In this document: positions 50,116 through 60,104 of the stretch, one piece after another
How positions within the stretch are numbered: position 1 is the first letter of the stretch
How the letters are laid out: every line of letters begins with the position of its first letter
From: Nibricoccus sp.
GTDB taxonomy: Bacteria; Verrucomicrobiota; Verrucomicrobiia; Opitutales; Opitutaceae
NCBI GenBank assembly: GCA_047602425.1
Contig: JASGHG010000001.1
Location: 3,360,001 to 3,424,000, forward strand
Length of the DNA: 64,000 bases
Reading direction: 5' to 3'
Translations under genes and position numbers: made by a program
The notes under the pieces: generated by a model
Seen by the model: the letters and a program-made list of their open reading frames with translations, nothing else
What the model was told of the DNA's origin: nothing
The model's database searches: none

Positions 50116-51828
50116 ATGTCTCAAGCTCCTGACGCGCCTTACGATCCTTACGACCAGCCGCCAACGTTTATCGACAAACATCGTGATTGGATTTGGGCGG
50201 CGGGCGTGTTTATCGCGACAATTTTGCTAACCGTTTTGGCGTATCCGCCCAATTTTCCGGAATTCGGCTACGCCTTTGCCGTGCCGGCGATTTTTTGGGC
50301 GTACATGAAGCCCGACTTCAAACTCTATGCGGGCACCATGGCTGCCGCGCAAATGATCGCATGGACGGTCATGTTGGGCTGGTTGCATCATGTGACCTGG
50401 TTCGGTCTTTTGCTTCTCGGGCCGTTTGTCGGCTTGTGGGTGGGAGTCTGGTATCTGGCGGCTTGGTGGACGATGTCGCGGATGGTTGGCCGGCCCACGA
50501 TAAACCGCCTCGTGATCATGCTTGGCCTGGCGGCGTTGTGGGTCGTACTGGAGTGGACGCGCAACTGGTTTCTCACCGGTTTTCCCTGGATGCCGCTTGC
50601 GGCGACGCAGTGGAAAATGGTGAGCATGTTGCAAATTGCCGCCTATACGGGTTCGGGAGGTATATCATTCGTGATCATGGTGGTGAACATCGCGTTTGCC
50701 GCTTATGCGCATCGGCTTTTTCGCGAAGGCGCACGCGGCTTCAACAAGCGCAGCCAGGAATTCTTTTTCGCGCTGTTCCTTGTACTGGCGTGTTTTTGCC
50801 TCTTTCTCGTGGTTGTAACGAATCGCAAGCATTTCACGCAGCCGCTCGCGCGCATTGCATTTGTGCAACCGTATATTCCGCAGGCCGTGAAATGGGATGA
50901 AGCGAAGGCTCCGCAGATCATGCAGACAATCGAGGAGTTGACGTTGCGGGCGGGGGCGACGAACCCCGATCTCATTCTGTGGCCCGAAGCCGTGACGCCA
51001 TACGCGGTGAAAGGCATGCCCGCGATGCAGAAGTGGACGGAAAATTTGGTCGTCCGCGCACGTGTGCCGGTGCTGATGGGTTCGGTTGAAGTCGCAAATC
51101 CCAACACTCCGCAGGAAATCTGGCGCAATGGCGCTTTTGTGATCGATCCTGAAAACGGACTTCTCCCAACCAGTTATGCGAAACGACATCTCGTGCCCTT
51201 TGGCGAATATGTGCCGTTACGCCCGCTTTTTGGCTGGTTGAAGAAATTCACTGAGGTGAGCGACGGAGATTTTACTCCAGGCAACAGCTCGGCGACAATG
51301 CTGGTTAAATCAGCCGGCGGAGCGTTCACGATCGGGTCGCTGGTTTGCTACGAGGATATTTTCCCAAACTTAGCCCGGCAAAGCGTGCTCGATGGCGCCG
51401 ATGTACTTGCAGTCGTGACTAACAACGCTTGGTACGGCGAAGGCGGCGCCGCTTATCAACACGCGGCGCATTCGGTCCTGCGCGCCGTGGAACTTCGTCG
51501 GCCGGTGCTTCGGTGTGGCAACGGTGGCTGGAGCGGCTGGATCGACGAGTATGGCAACATCTGCGCCGAACTGAAACGTCTTCCTGACGGCGTCATCACG
51601 ACGAAGGTGAAACATGACCCGGCCGACAAGGAGCTTGACGCTGGTTCGGTCTATTTCCGTGGCACGGCCACGGTCAACGTCAGCTACGACAATCGTTTTC
51701 GTGGCACGCAAAGCTTTTACGCAGAGCATGGCGACTGGTTCGTTTCCTTCTGCGCGGGATTGGCCTGTTTCGCCTATTACGTCGCCTTGGTCTCCAAAGT
51801 GGCGAAGAAACCGGCCGGAGAAGAATAA
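50116..51828 (+). CDS. lnt: Apolipoprotein N-acyltransferase
   Basis: TM region with TGFPW; nitrilase triad in WPE, KRHLVPFGEY and VCYED. Confidence 0.96.
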   Translation: MSQAPDAPYDPYDQPPTFIDKHRDWIWAAGVFIATILLTVLAYPPNFPEFGYAFAVPAIFWAYMKPDFKLYAGTMAAAQMIAWTVMLGWLHHVTWFGLLLLGPFVGLWVGVWYLAAWWTMSRMVGRPTINRLVIMLGLAALWVVLEWTRNWFLTGFPWMPLAATQWKMVSMLQIAAYTGSGGISFVIMVVNIAFAAYAHRLFREGARGFNKRSQEFFFALFLVLACFCLFLVVVTNRKHFTQPLARIAFVQPYIPQAVKWDEAKAPQIMQTIEELTLRAGATNPDLILWPEAVTPYAVKGMPAMQKWTENLVVRARVPVLMGSVEVANPNTPQEIWRNGAFVIDPENGLLPTSYAKRHLVPFGEYVPLRPLFGWLKKFTEVSDGDFTPGNSSATMLVKSAGGAFTIGSLVCYEDIFPNLARQSVLDGADVLAVVTNNAWYGEGGAAYQHAAHSVLRAVELRRPVLRCGNGGWSGWIDEYGNICAELKRLPDGVITTKVKHDPADKELDAGSVYFRGTATVNVSYDNRFRGTQSFYAEHGDWFVSFCAGLACFAYYVALVSKVAKKPAGEE

Positions 51829-51983
51829 TGCGAAGCGCTTTGCCCGTTTAAGGCGATTGCGCGAGTTGCTCTCCCAAAGACAGAGTAGCCTAAGAGGTTA
51901 CTTTGCATGTGGCCGTTCACTGTAGGATAAATCGTTTTTTCCGTGCGCGCAGAAAGAAGGTGGTTTGAATCGGGATACTTATT

Positions 51984-53315
51984 ATGTCGCGTGTTTTTCC
52001 CGAGGCCAGAGCAACGTTGACGCTCGCCGTGCCGATTATCCTCGGCCAGGTGAGCCAGATGCTCATGGGCACGGTCGACAGTCTCATGATCGGGCAGGTG
52101 GGCAAAGTTCCATTGGCGGCCTCGGCTTTTGCGGGAAGCGTGTTTGGCTTTTTCTACGTGAGCAGTCTCGGGCTGTGCTTTCCGGTCGCCGTCCTGGTTT
52201 CTCGCGCGCACGGCGCAGTCCAGCCGAAAGAATGCGGTGAGTGGCTGCGACATGGCCTAGCGGTGGCAACAGGTTGTGGTTTGGCCACCGCGCTGCTGAT
52301 GGAATTCTTGGGCACGCAACTGCACCGCTTCGGGCAGCCCGTGGAGGTGGTCGAGGCGGCACAGCCGTTTTTTTCATTAATTGCAGCCTCGTTGATACCG
52401 GCCTTGATGTTTCAAGCATTTCGTCAGTTTTCCGAATCACTCGGACGGCCGTGGCTCCCGATGGGCATTATGCTCGGTGGTGTGTTGCTGAATGTCGTGC
52501 TGAACTGGATACTGATCTACGGCAATCTGGGAGCGCCAGCGCTGGGTTTGACGGGAGCTGGAATATCAACACTCGTGGCGCGCTGGGGCGATTTGCTTCT
52601 GTTGTGGTTTTTCCTGCGTCGGGATCAAACGATGCGCCCGAATTGGCCCGTGCATTGGTGGCGGCGACTGGAAGGGCAACGGCTGCGCGAGCATCTCAGC
52701 ATCGGTGTACCGGCCTCGGGACAGCTGGTGTTCGAAGCAGGTGCCTTCACCATGGCGGCTTGGATGATGGGCCGGCTGGGAACCGTGGCTTTGGCTGCGC
52801 ACCAAATCGCGCTGAGCTGTGCCGCCACGACCTTCATGTTTCCGCTGGGGTTAGCCATGGCGTCGGGCATGCGCGTGAGCCAAGTGATCGGTGCGGGCAA
52901 GCGCGAGTTGGTTCGTCCGATTGGTTGTGGTTCCTATGCGATGGGTTGCCTGGCCATGGGGACGTTTGCGCTGGTATTCTGGCTGGGTGGAACGTGGATC
53001 GCGCAACGGTTTGTCGATGATCGCACAGTGGTGGCACTGGCAGCGCGATTGCTCGCGGTGGCTGCGCTATTCCAGCTTTTCGACGGTGGTCAGGTGGTGG
53101 GTGCGAGCCTATTGCGCGGACTGGCCGATATGAAAGTACCGACAGCGATTACCTTTGTTGCCTACTGGTGCGTAATGCTGCCAATGGGCTATTGGTGCGG
53201 CGTGCGAGCGGGTAACCCGCTGGGCGTCTGGTTGGCGCTGATCTTTGGTTTAGGCGTTGCAGCGGTACTGCTGGCCTGGCGGTTTTGGTCAAAGACGCGT
53301 GTATCCCGGGGCTAG
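51984..53315 (+). CDS. MATE-family efflux transporter
   Basis: About 12 TM helices; LNWILIYGNLGAPALG..GAGI and LAAHQIA motifs. Confidence 0.93.
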   Translation: MSRVFPEARATLTLAVPIILGQVSQMLMGTVDSLMIGQVGKVPLAASAFAGSVFGFFYVSSLGLCFPVAVLVSRAHGAVQPKECGEWLRHGLAVATGCGLATALLMEFLGTQLHRFGQPVEVVEAAQPFFSLIAASLIPALMFQAFRQFSESLGRPWLPMGIMLGGVLLNVVLNWILIYGNLGAPALGLTGAGISTLVARWGDLLLLWFFLRRDQTMRPNWPVHWWRRLEGQRLREHLSIGVPASGQLVFEAGAFTMAAWMMGRLGTVALAAHQIALSCAATTFMFPLGLAMASGMRVSQVIGAGKRELVRPIGCGSYAMGCLAMGTFALVFWLGGTWIAQRFVDDRTVVALAARLLAVAALFQLFDGGQVVGASLLRGLADMKVPTAITFVAYWCVMLPMGYWCGVRAGNPLGVWLALIFGLGVAAVLLAWRFWSKTRVSRG

Positions 53316-53402
53316 GGGCATACATTGAGCCGCTGATCGCGTGCCCAGTGTTTTTGTCAATTTTGTGCGGTTTTTCTACGGTCGGACGTCTATTGTCGTG
53401 TG

Positions 53403-54989
53403 ATGAGCCCAAACGACCGCGATTTACTTCTGCGATTTGCGCGAAACGGCGATCAAGACGCCTTTGGTGTGTTAGTGCGGCAGTATATTGGGCTCGTTTA
53501 TCATTCCGCGCTCCGCAGCGTTGGCGATGCGCATGCGGCGGAAGACATCGCTCAACAGGTTTTCACCCTGCTTGCGCGGAAGGCCGCCAAGGTTTGCAGC
53601 CACGAAACGCTTATTGGCTGGTTGCACACGACGACGCGATTGGAGGCTCATCAATTTCTACGTCGCGAGCGGCGGCGCGCTGCTCGCGAAAAGGAGGCGT
53701 TAATGCACGATGATCTTCCCAGTCCAAATCCAGTGCAAGATTGGGAAAGATTACGGCCGGTGATCGACGTAGCGTTGGATCAACTGCGCGCTACGGATCG
53801 CGACGCCGTGCTGATGCGCTTTTTCAACAACCAGTCGTTTGCTGCCATCGGCGAACAGCTCGGTATGACGGAAAATGCCGCGCGCATGCGGGTTGACCGC
53901 GCGCTGGACAAATTGAACGGGATATTGAGTTCCAGAAAAATTACCACGGTCTCGCTTGCAGCAGCTCTGGCGACAGAAGCAGTCGCAGCAAGCACACCAC
54001 CTGCCTTGGCGGCTCAGGTGAGCGCGCAGGCTCTGACTGGCGCTATGCTGGGTGCGGGCAGCGGTATCACAGCAACCATCTTTACCATGACAACCTCATC
54101 AAAAATCATTGTGGTCGCGAGCTGTATTCTGGTGGCGATTGGAGCCGGTTCGGCATTTTACGAAAGACGTCAACTGGCGGAGTCGCGTGCTCAGTTCACT
54201 GCCATCAAGCATCAGATCGAGTTGGCGCATGCAGACGAAAAGGTGGACAAAGTTCGTATTGCCTCACTCGAAAAAGAACTGGCGAATGCGAAGCTTGCGC
54301 AAAACGGCGTAATTAAACCGCCCTCGATGCCGGTGCCACGTGCGCAGTTGTGGTATAGCAATCCAGAGTACGCGCGGCTGTCGCTAGAACAATTTCGCGC
54401 CTCGTTGTCCGGCAAATATGGCCCGTTGTATCGGGCAATGCATCTTTCCAGTGACCAAATTGCAGCATTCGAAGCGATTCAGGTGGAATGTCAGCAGGGT
54501 GTGATCGATATCTGGGCGGCGGCAGAATCGCAGGGAATTGCTTCGGGGAGTGACAACTCGGCGAGCACTTCTGTGGCGCGGATGACCTCGGCTCCGGTGA
54601 CTCTTCGTGATGAAAAACTGAAGGCGTTACTAGGTGACGACAACATGAAGCAATATGTTGATTACGATGGCCTGAAAGGGCGTCCCGCGGTGACTTTTGT
54701 TCCGATGCTGGCGGGTGATTTATACACAGCTGGAACGCCCCTTGCGGTAAATCAAGGCGATCAACTTCGACAAACCATTGTGAACCACACCAAGGTTACG
54801 AAAGAGCCGATGGCGAGCGATGGAGGAACCCCTATTTATAGGATCGTATCACAGACTGACTGGAATGCTGTGGCTGAAGATGCCGGTGCATTCCTATCTG
54901 AAGAGCAACTAGCTGTTTTGAAAAAAAGAACGGCGGTTGAAGCCGCCGATGCGCAGTTGAAACAAATGAATCGTGCATCCGCCAAATGA
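53403..54989 (+). CDS. ECF sigma-70 factor with fused TM and C-terminal extension
   Basis: Region 2 (D..LL.RF...GDQDAF..LVRQY...AEDIAQQVF); region 4 (DRDAVLMRFF...IGEQLG.TENAARMRVDRALDKL); TM IIVVASCILVAIGAG. Confidence 0.92.
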   Translation: MSPNDRDLLLRFARNGDQDAFGVLVRQYIGLVYHSALRSVGDAHAAEDIAQQVFTLLARKAAKVCSHETLIGWLHTTTRLEAHQFLRRERRRAAREKEALMHDDLPSPNPVQDWERLRPVIDVALDQLRATDRDAVLMRFFNNQSFAAIGEQLGMTENAARMRVDRALDKLNGILSSRKITTVSLAAALATEAVAASTPPALAAQVSAQALTGAMLGAGSGITATIFTMTTSSKIIVVASCILVAIGAGSAFYERRQLAESRAQFTAIKHQIELAHADEKVDKVRIASLEKELANAKLAQNGVIKPPSMPVPRAQLWYSNPEYARLSLEQFRASLSGKYGPLYRAMHLSSDQIAAFEAIQVECQQGVIDIWAAAESQGIASGSDNSASTSVARMTSAPVTLRDEKLKALLGDDNMKQYVDYDGLKGRPAVTFVPMLAGDLYTAGTPLAVNQGDQLRQTIVNHTKVTKEPMASDGGTPIYRIVSQTDWNAVAEDAGAFLSEEQLAVLKKRTAVEAADAQLKQMNRASAK

Positions 54990-55047
54990 GTTTGTCGGTA
55001 GGCGCGGATTGGATTGTTTCCGGTTTCAGTGAAAGGTCTGTGAAGAG

Positions 55048-55077
55048 AAAACAAAATGCCCGCACCGAGGTGCGGGC
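55048..55077 (-). terminator. Intrinsic terminator after the GH94 genes
   Basis: GCCCGCAC-cgag-GTGCGGGC with a T-rich tail on the minus strand. Confidence 0.75.
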
Positions 55078-55106
55078 TTGGTTTTGAAGAGTAAACCAGA
55101 AAATGG

Positions 55107-57497
55107 TTAGCCGAGGGTGGCGACGATTTTGCTGCCGTCTTTTAGCTTTTCGAGCGGAATGAAGTTTCCGTCGATCGACTTGCCGTCGACGGTGAGGGAC
55201 TTCACGCCTTTGCAGATATTGGATGGGTTCTTGACTTCGATCTTCAGGGTTTTGCCACGGAAGACGCGGGTCATTTTGAAACCGGGCCAGGCCTTGGGAA
55301 TGCACGGGTCGATGCGCAGGCCGTCGACTTCCGGGCGGACGCCGAGGATCCATTGCAGCGCAGTATGGTGGCTCCACGAGGCGGTGCCGGAGAGCCACGG
55401 AACACGGGATTTGCCGGCGTTGCGGTTGCAGGTCGCGTAGGTCGTCTGGCAGTGGACGTACGGCTCGATCTCGCGGACTTCCGCGCGGGTGTTGTACGCC
55501 GACGGCATGAAGGCGCGGTAGTATTCGTAGGCCTGGTCGCCGTTGCCGAGCAGACATTCGGCGATGACGGCCCAGCTTTGCGTGTGGCAGAAGATGCCGG
55601 CGTTTTCCTTGATGCCGTGGTTGTAGATTACACCGCCCATGATGGTCGGGGGCGTGTTGGTGAACGGCGGCGCACTGAGCATGATGCCGTAGGGCGTGGC
55701 GAGGTCGCGCTTGAGGGCGTCCATCGCGCTGCGGCCCTGCGTGGGCGCGGCGGCGCCGGACATGACGGCGAAGACCTGCGTATTGATGTAGACCTTTCCT
55801 TCGGTTTCGGTTTTCGAACCGTAGCGATGGCCGTCGGGCCCGATCGCCCAGAGGAACCATTCGCCGTCCCAGGCGGCCTTCTGGATATTGGCTTCGAGCT
55901 TGGTCTGCTCGGCGCGGGCCGAAGTGGCCTCGGCAGGGAGGCCGAGTTTTTCGGCGATCTCGGCGTATTTGAAAAGACCATACCGGAGCTGGAAGGCGAC
56001 CATGACGGACTCGCCGTTGTAGCCCATCTTCACGCAGTCGTTCCAGTCGGCGTGGAGGCCGCAGGGCAAACCGTTGGCACCGGAACGTTCGAGATTGAAC
56101 TCGAGGGCGCGGCGCATGTGTCCGAAGACCGTGGCTTCGCCTTGGTCGGCGTAGGGGAGAACCTTTTTGTAGAAATCGAAGTCCCCGGTTTCCGCCACGT
56201 AGTCAGGGATCGAATTGAAGAACCACTGGCAATCGTCCGAACGATACTCTTCGCGCTTGGGCGGCTGCATCTTGCCTGGCGTGTGGTTAAACGGCTGCAC
56301 GACGGGCATGGCGCCGCCGTTGGAAACCTGACCGGTGAGCATGAGCTCGAGGCGGCCGCGAATGCCGTCCTTGAGATGCGGCATGGCGCCGAGGAAATCC
56401 TGCACGGTGTCGCGGTAGCCGAGGCCGTCGCGTTCGCCGTTGTAGATCATCGAGGCGTGGCGCGACCAGGCGTAGGTGATGAGAGCGTTGTAGCCGCCCC
56501 AGACATTGGCCATGGAGTCGAACTCGGCGTCGGGTGTCTCCACCTTCACGCCGGCGAGCAGGCCGTGCCAGTGGGCCTTGAGCTTGGTGAATTCCTCTTC
56601 GCAGCGGGCGGAGTTGCCGAACTCGGCGATCGTGGCAAAGCCGTGTGTATCCGGCTGGCCCATACCGAGCATGACGATGAGCTCGCGGGTTTCGCCGGGA
56701 GCGAGTTCGAGGTCAGCCTTGAACGTGCCGCAACCGTTTTCGCCCTCGGCGAGGAAGTTGGAGCACTTGCCGTCAATCACGCCCTGCGGATTGGCGTAGG
56801 TGTTGTAGACGGAGCCGAAGAAGTTCTCGCGGACCGTCTCATAGCCAGCGATCGGCGCGCCGGTGAGTGTCATCCACGTGCGGCCCGCGGAGCCGAGGAA
56901 ATTGTTTGGATCAAACTTGTAGTACGGGTGCATCGCCATGCCGAGCACGCCGTTGTTCATCTCGGCCTTGATGATGAACTGAGAATACTGGAGATTCGTC
57001 AGGTCGTTGGGCATGTTCCAACAGCTGGCGAACTCGCAGTAGGTGAAGACGGAGATCTTGCGCGGCTTCTTGGACTTGTTGGTGACCTTCAGGCGCCAGT
57101 ATTCGAACGTCTGGCCGAGTGGGACGAAGTAGGTGCTCTCGGTCTCGATCGCGGCGTAGCGCGATTCGATGACGGTGTAGGCGGTGCCGTGACGGCAGGT
57201 GCTCTTGTACTTGGAGAGTGGTTTGCCAACGGGCTGCCAGGAGGAGGACCAGTAGTCGCCATCCTCGTTGTCACGGAGGTAGAAATAGCGTCCGGGCTGG
57301 TCCATTGGCACGGAGTTGGAGCGCGAGCGGAGGAAGCGGCCGTTGAGGGCGCTCTTGTAGAAGCTGTAGCCGCCGGCGCTGTTGGTGATGATGGCGCCGT
57401 ACTCGGTTGAGCCGAGGTAATTACTCCAAGGACGCGGAGTGTCGGGACGCGTGATGACGTATTCCTTGGCTTTGTCGTCGAAATGGCCGAATTGCAT
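55107..57497 (-). CDS. GH94 phosphorylase (cellodextrin- or chitobiose-phosphorylase-like)
   Basis: FGHFDD..EYVITRPDTP, GLGYRDTVQD, catalytic ADWNDC, KENAGIFCH and WLSGTASW motifs. Confidence 0.9.
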   Translation of the reverse strand: MQFGHFDDKAKEYVITRPDTPRPWSNYLGSTEYGAIITNSAGGYSFYKSALNGRFLRSRSNSVPMDQPGRYFYLRDNEDGDYWSSSWQPVGKPLSKYKSTCRHGTAYTVIESRYAAIETESTYFVPLGQTFEYWRLKVTNKSKKPRKISVFTYCEFASCWNMPNDLTNLQYSQFIIKAEMNNGVLGMAMHPYYKFDPNNFLGSAGRTWMTLTGAPIAGYETVRENFFGSVYNTYANPQGVIDGKCSNFLAEGENGCGTFKADLELAPGETRELIVMLGMGQPDTHGFATIAEFGNSARCEEEFTKLKAHWHGLLAGVKVETPDAEFDSMANVWGGYNALITYAWSRHASMIYNGERDGLGYRDTVQDFLGAMPHLKDGIRGRLELMLTGQVSNGGAMPVVQPFNHTPGKMQPPKREEYRSDDCQWFFNSIPDYVAETGDFDFYKKVLPYADQGEATVFGHMRRALEFNLERSGANGLPCGLHADWNDCVKMGYNGESVMVAFQLRYGLFKYAEIAEKLGLPAEATSARAEQTKLEANIQKAAWDGEWFLWAIGPDGHRYGSKTETEGKVYINTQVFAVMSGAAAPTQGRSAMDALKRDLATPYGIMLSAPPFTNTPPTIMGGVIYNHGIKENAGIFCHTQSWAVIAECLLGNGDQAYEYYRAFMPSAYNTRAEVREIEPYVHCQTTYATCNRNAGKSRVPWLSGTASWSHHTALQWILGVRPEVDGLRIDPCIPKAWPGFKMTRVFRGKTLKIEVKNPSNICKGVKSLTVDGKSIDGNFIPLEKLKDGSKIVATLG

Positions 57498-57561
57498 GGT
57501 CGGTAGGGAAAAGTTAGGGTTTTAAAAAGGACGAGACCGCAAGGTGAGCCGCGGTAAACGC

Positions 57562-57587
57562 GGCGCGCCCGGCGGTCGCGCCCTACC
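57562..57587 (-). repeat. GTAG-type REP palindrome
   Basis: Minus strand reads GGTAG-GGCGCGACC-GCC-GGGCGCGCC. Confidence 0.7.
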
Positions 57588-57598
57588 TGTGAATGTGT

Positions 57599-60046
57599 TT
57601 AGCCGAGGGCGACTTCGACTTTGACGTTGGTCGTGCCGGCGGCGGGCGTGGGGATGAGGTTGCCCTCTACCTTCACACCGTCGACGACGAGCGACTTCAC
57701 GCCTTTGCTCTTACCCTTCGGGTTTTTGATCTCGATCTGGTAAGTGACGCCACGGAACTTTCGAGTCACGCTGTAGCTCTTCCATTTCTTCGAGATGCAC
57801 GGATCGATGCGCAGGCCATCGAAGTCGGGACGCACGCCGAGGATGTATTGGCTGGCGACGACGAACGACCAGGCGCCGGTGCCGGTGAGCCAGGAGTTTT
57901 TGCCTTCGCCCTGCTTAGGTGCGAACTGCGAGGACGTCATCTGGGCGTAGACGTAGGGCTCGGAGCGATACACGTCGTGGTCGGGTTTGGCGGCGGGGCA
58001 GATGCTAAGGTAGTACTCAAGGGCCTTGTCGCCTTCGCCGAACATCGTCCAACCGATGTGAATCCAGGTGTTGTTGTGCGAGAACACGCCGGCGTTTTCC
58101 TTATAACCAGGAGGATAGGAGGAAACTTCGCCGAGTTCGAGGTGGTACTCGGAGTACGGCGGATATTGGAGCGCGCAGCCCTTGTCGGACGTGTAGAGAT
58201 ATTTATCGACTGCCTTGAGCGCTTTCAGGGCGCGGCCGTTGTCCTGACCGGCGCCGCCGAGCACGCACCACGCCTGGCTCTCGATGAAGATCTTGCCTTC
58301 CTTGCAGGACTTGGAGCCGACGGGGTTGCTGAAGTTGTCGAACGCGCGGGTGTACCAGTCGCCGTCCCAAGCTTGGCTCTCGACGATGGCTAGCATTTCG
58401 GCGTGGTAGCCGTCGATGCGGGCGGCTTCGTTTTCCTGTTTCAGGAAGCGGTAGCAGGCGGCGAGGTCCTTGCAGGCGTAGAGGAAGAGGCCGGCGATCA
58501 TAACCGACTCGGCGACGTCGCCCTTGGCCTTGTTGGCGGTGTTCTGGAAGGACTCGTTGGGCTGGTCGGAGAAGCAGTTGAGGTTAAGACAGTCGTTCCA
58601 GTCGGCGCGGCCGATGAGCGGCAGATTGTGCGGGCCCTTGTTGCGGCGCGTGTAGGCGATGGAAATTTCCAGGTGGTCGCGCAGCGTGTGCTTCGAGCCG
58701 GGGATGTCGGCGCAGCCGATCTGCTCGTCGAGGATCGTGGCGTCGCCGGTCTCGCGGATGTACGAGCAGGTCGAGAGGATCAGCCAGAGCGGGTCATCGT
58801 TGAAGCCGGAGCCGGCGTCGGCGTTGCCCTTCTTGGTGAGCGGCTGGTATTGGTGATAGCAAGTGCCGTCGGAAAGCTGTGTGGCGGCGATGTCGAGGAT
58901 GCGCTGGCGAGCGCGGTCGGGAAGGAGGTGGACGAAACCGAGCACGTCCTGGTTGGAGTCGCGGAAGCCCATGCCGCGGCCGATGCCGGTTTCGTAGCCG
59001 GAGGCGGAGCGGGAGAGGTTGAACGTGGCCATGACCTGCGCCTGATTCCAGGTGTTGACCATGCGGGCGAGGGGCTCGCTGGGGACGTTGGAACTTTGGT
59101 AGATGGAGAGCAGTTCGTTCCAGCGCTGCTTGACGGACGCGAACGCGGCGTCGACGGCGGCGAGGTCGGAGAACTTGGCGAGGATTTCGCGGCCCTTCGT
59201 CTTGTTCATCACGAACGGGGCGTCGAACTTGGGTAGATCGCCCTGGTCAATGTAGGCGAGGACGAAGGCGAACGTCTCCTCCTGACCGGGCTTGAGCGAG
59301 AGATTGATCTGGTGGGCGCCGCAGGGATTCCAGCCGTAGGCGCGAGAGTTGGTGCACTTGCCGGCGAGGACGGCCTTCGGGTCGCCGAGGCTGTTGTGCA
59401 CGCCGACGAAGGCGTCGCGTGAGGTGTCGTAGCCGTCGATTTTGCGCGTGCAGCCGAAGAGGGCGTAGTGGTTGCGACGCTCGCGGTACTCGGTCTTGTG
59501 GTAGATTGCGCTGCCCTCGATCTCGACTTCGCCGATCGAGTAGGTGCGCTGGTAGTTCGTCATGTCGTTAAGCGCCTCGAAGGAGCAGAATTCGACGAAC
59601 GAAAAGAGACTGAGCTTCTGGGGTTTCTTGGTCTTGTTACGAACCGAAACTTTCCAAACCTCCACATTTTGCTGCGGCGGGACGAACATCAGTTGTTCGA
59701 CCTCGATGCCGTCCTTGCGGCCGGTGATGCGGGAGTAGCCGAGGCCGTGGCGGCACTCGAACTTGTCGAGCTTGGTGCGGGTGGGCTTCCAGCCGGGGTT
59801 CCAGATCGACTTACCCTGCTTCACATAGAGGAAGCGGCCGTCGCTATCCATCGGGTTGTTGTTGTAGCGATAACGCGTGAGACGACGGAGCTTGGCGTCC
59901 TTCCAGAAAGTGTAACCGCCTGCGGTCTGCGTGACCATGCCGAAGAACTCGTCCTGGCCGAGGTAATTGAGCCACGGCAAGGGAGTGTCGGGGCGAGTAA
60001 TGACAAATTCGCGGTTGGCGTCGTCGAAGTGACCGTAGTTGGACAT
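57599..60046 (-). CDS. GH94 cellobiose phosphorylase
   Basis: RRLTRYRYNN, GRGMGFRDSNQD, HQYQPLTK, GRADWNDCLNLNCFS..NESFQ and YPPGYKENA motifs. Confidence 0.9.
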   Translation of the reverse strand: MSNYGHFDDANREFVITRPDTPLPWLNYLGQDEFFGMVTQTAGGYTFWKDAKLRRLTRYRYNNNPMDSDGRFLYVKQGKSIWNPGWKPTRTKLDKFECRHGLGYSRITGRKDGIEVEQLMFVPPQQNVEVWKVSVRNKTKKPQKLSLFSFVEFCSFEALNDMTNYQRTYSIGEVEIEGSAIYHKTEYRERRNHYALFGCTRKIDGYDTSRDAFVGVHNSLGDPKAVLAGKCTNSRAYGWNPCGAHQINLSLKPGQEETFAFVLAYIDQGDLPKFDAPFVMNKTKGREILAKFSDLAAVDAAFASVKQRWNELLSIYQSSNVPSEPLARMVNTWNQAQVMATFNLSRSASGYETGIGRGMGFRDSNQDVLGFVHLLPDRARQRILDIAATQLSDGTCYHQYQPLTKKGNADAGSGFNDDPLWLILSTCSYIRETGDATILDEQIGCADIPGSKHTLRDHLEISIAYTRRNKGPHNLPLIGRADWNDCLNLNCFSDQPNESFQNTANKAKGDVAESVMIAGLFLYACKDLAACYRFLKQENEAARIDGYHAEMLAIVESQAWDGDWYTRAFDNFSNPVGSKSCKEGKIFIESQAWCVLGGAGQDNGRALKALKAVDKYLYTSDKGCALQYPPYSEYHLELGEVSSYPPGYKENAGVFSHNNTWIHIGWTMFGEGDKALEYYLSICPAAKPDHDVYRSEPYVYAQMTSSQFAPKQGEGKNSWLTGTGAWSFVVASQYILGVRPDFDGLRIDPCISKKWKSYSVTRKFRGVTYQIEIKNPKGKSKGVKSLVVDGVKVEGNLIPTPAAGTTNVKVEVALG

Positions 60047-60104
60047 AGGAGGTGGTTGTGAAGAGGGAAAAATTCTGGAAAGAGGAAGAAAAGAAATCGG
60101 CGAA

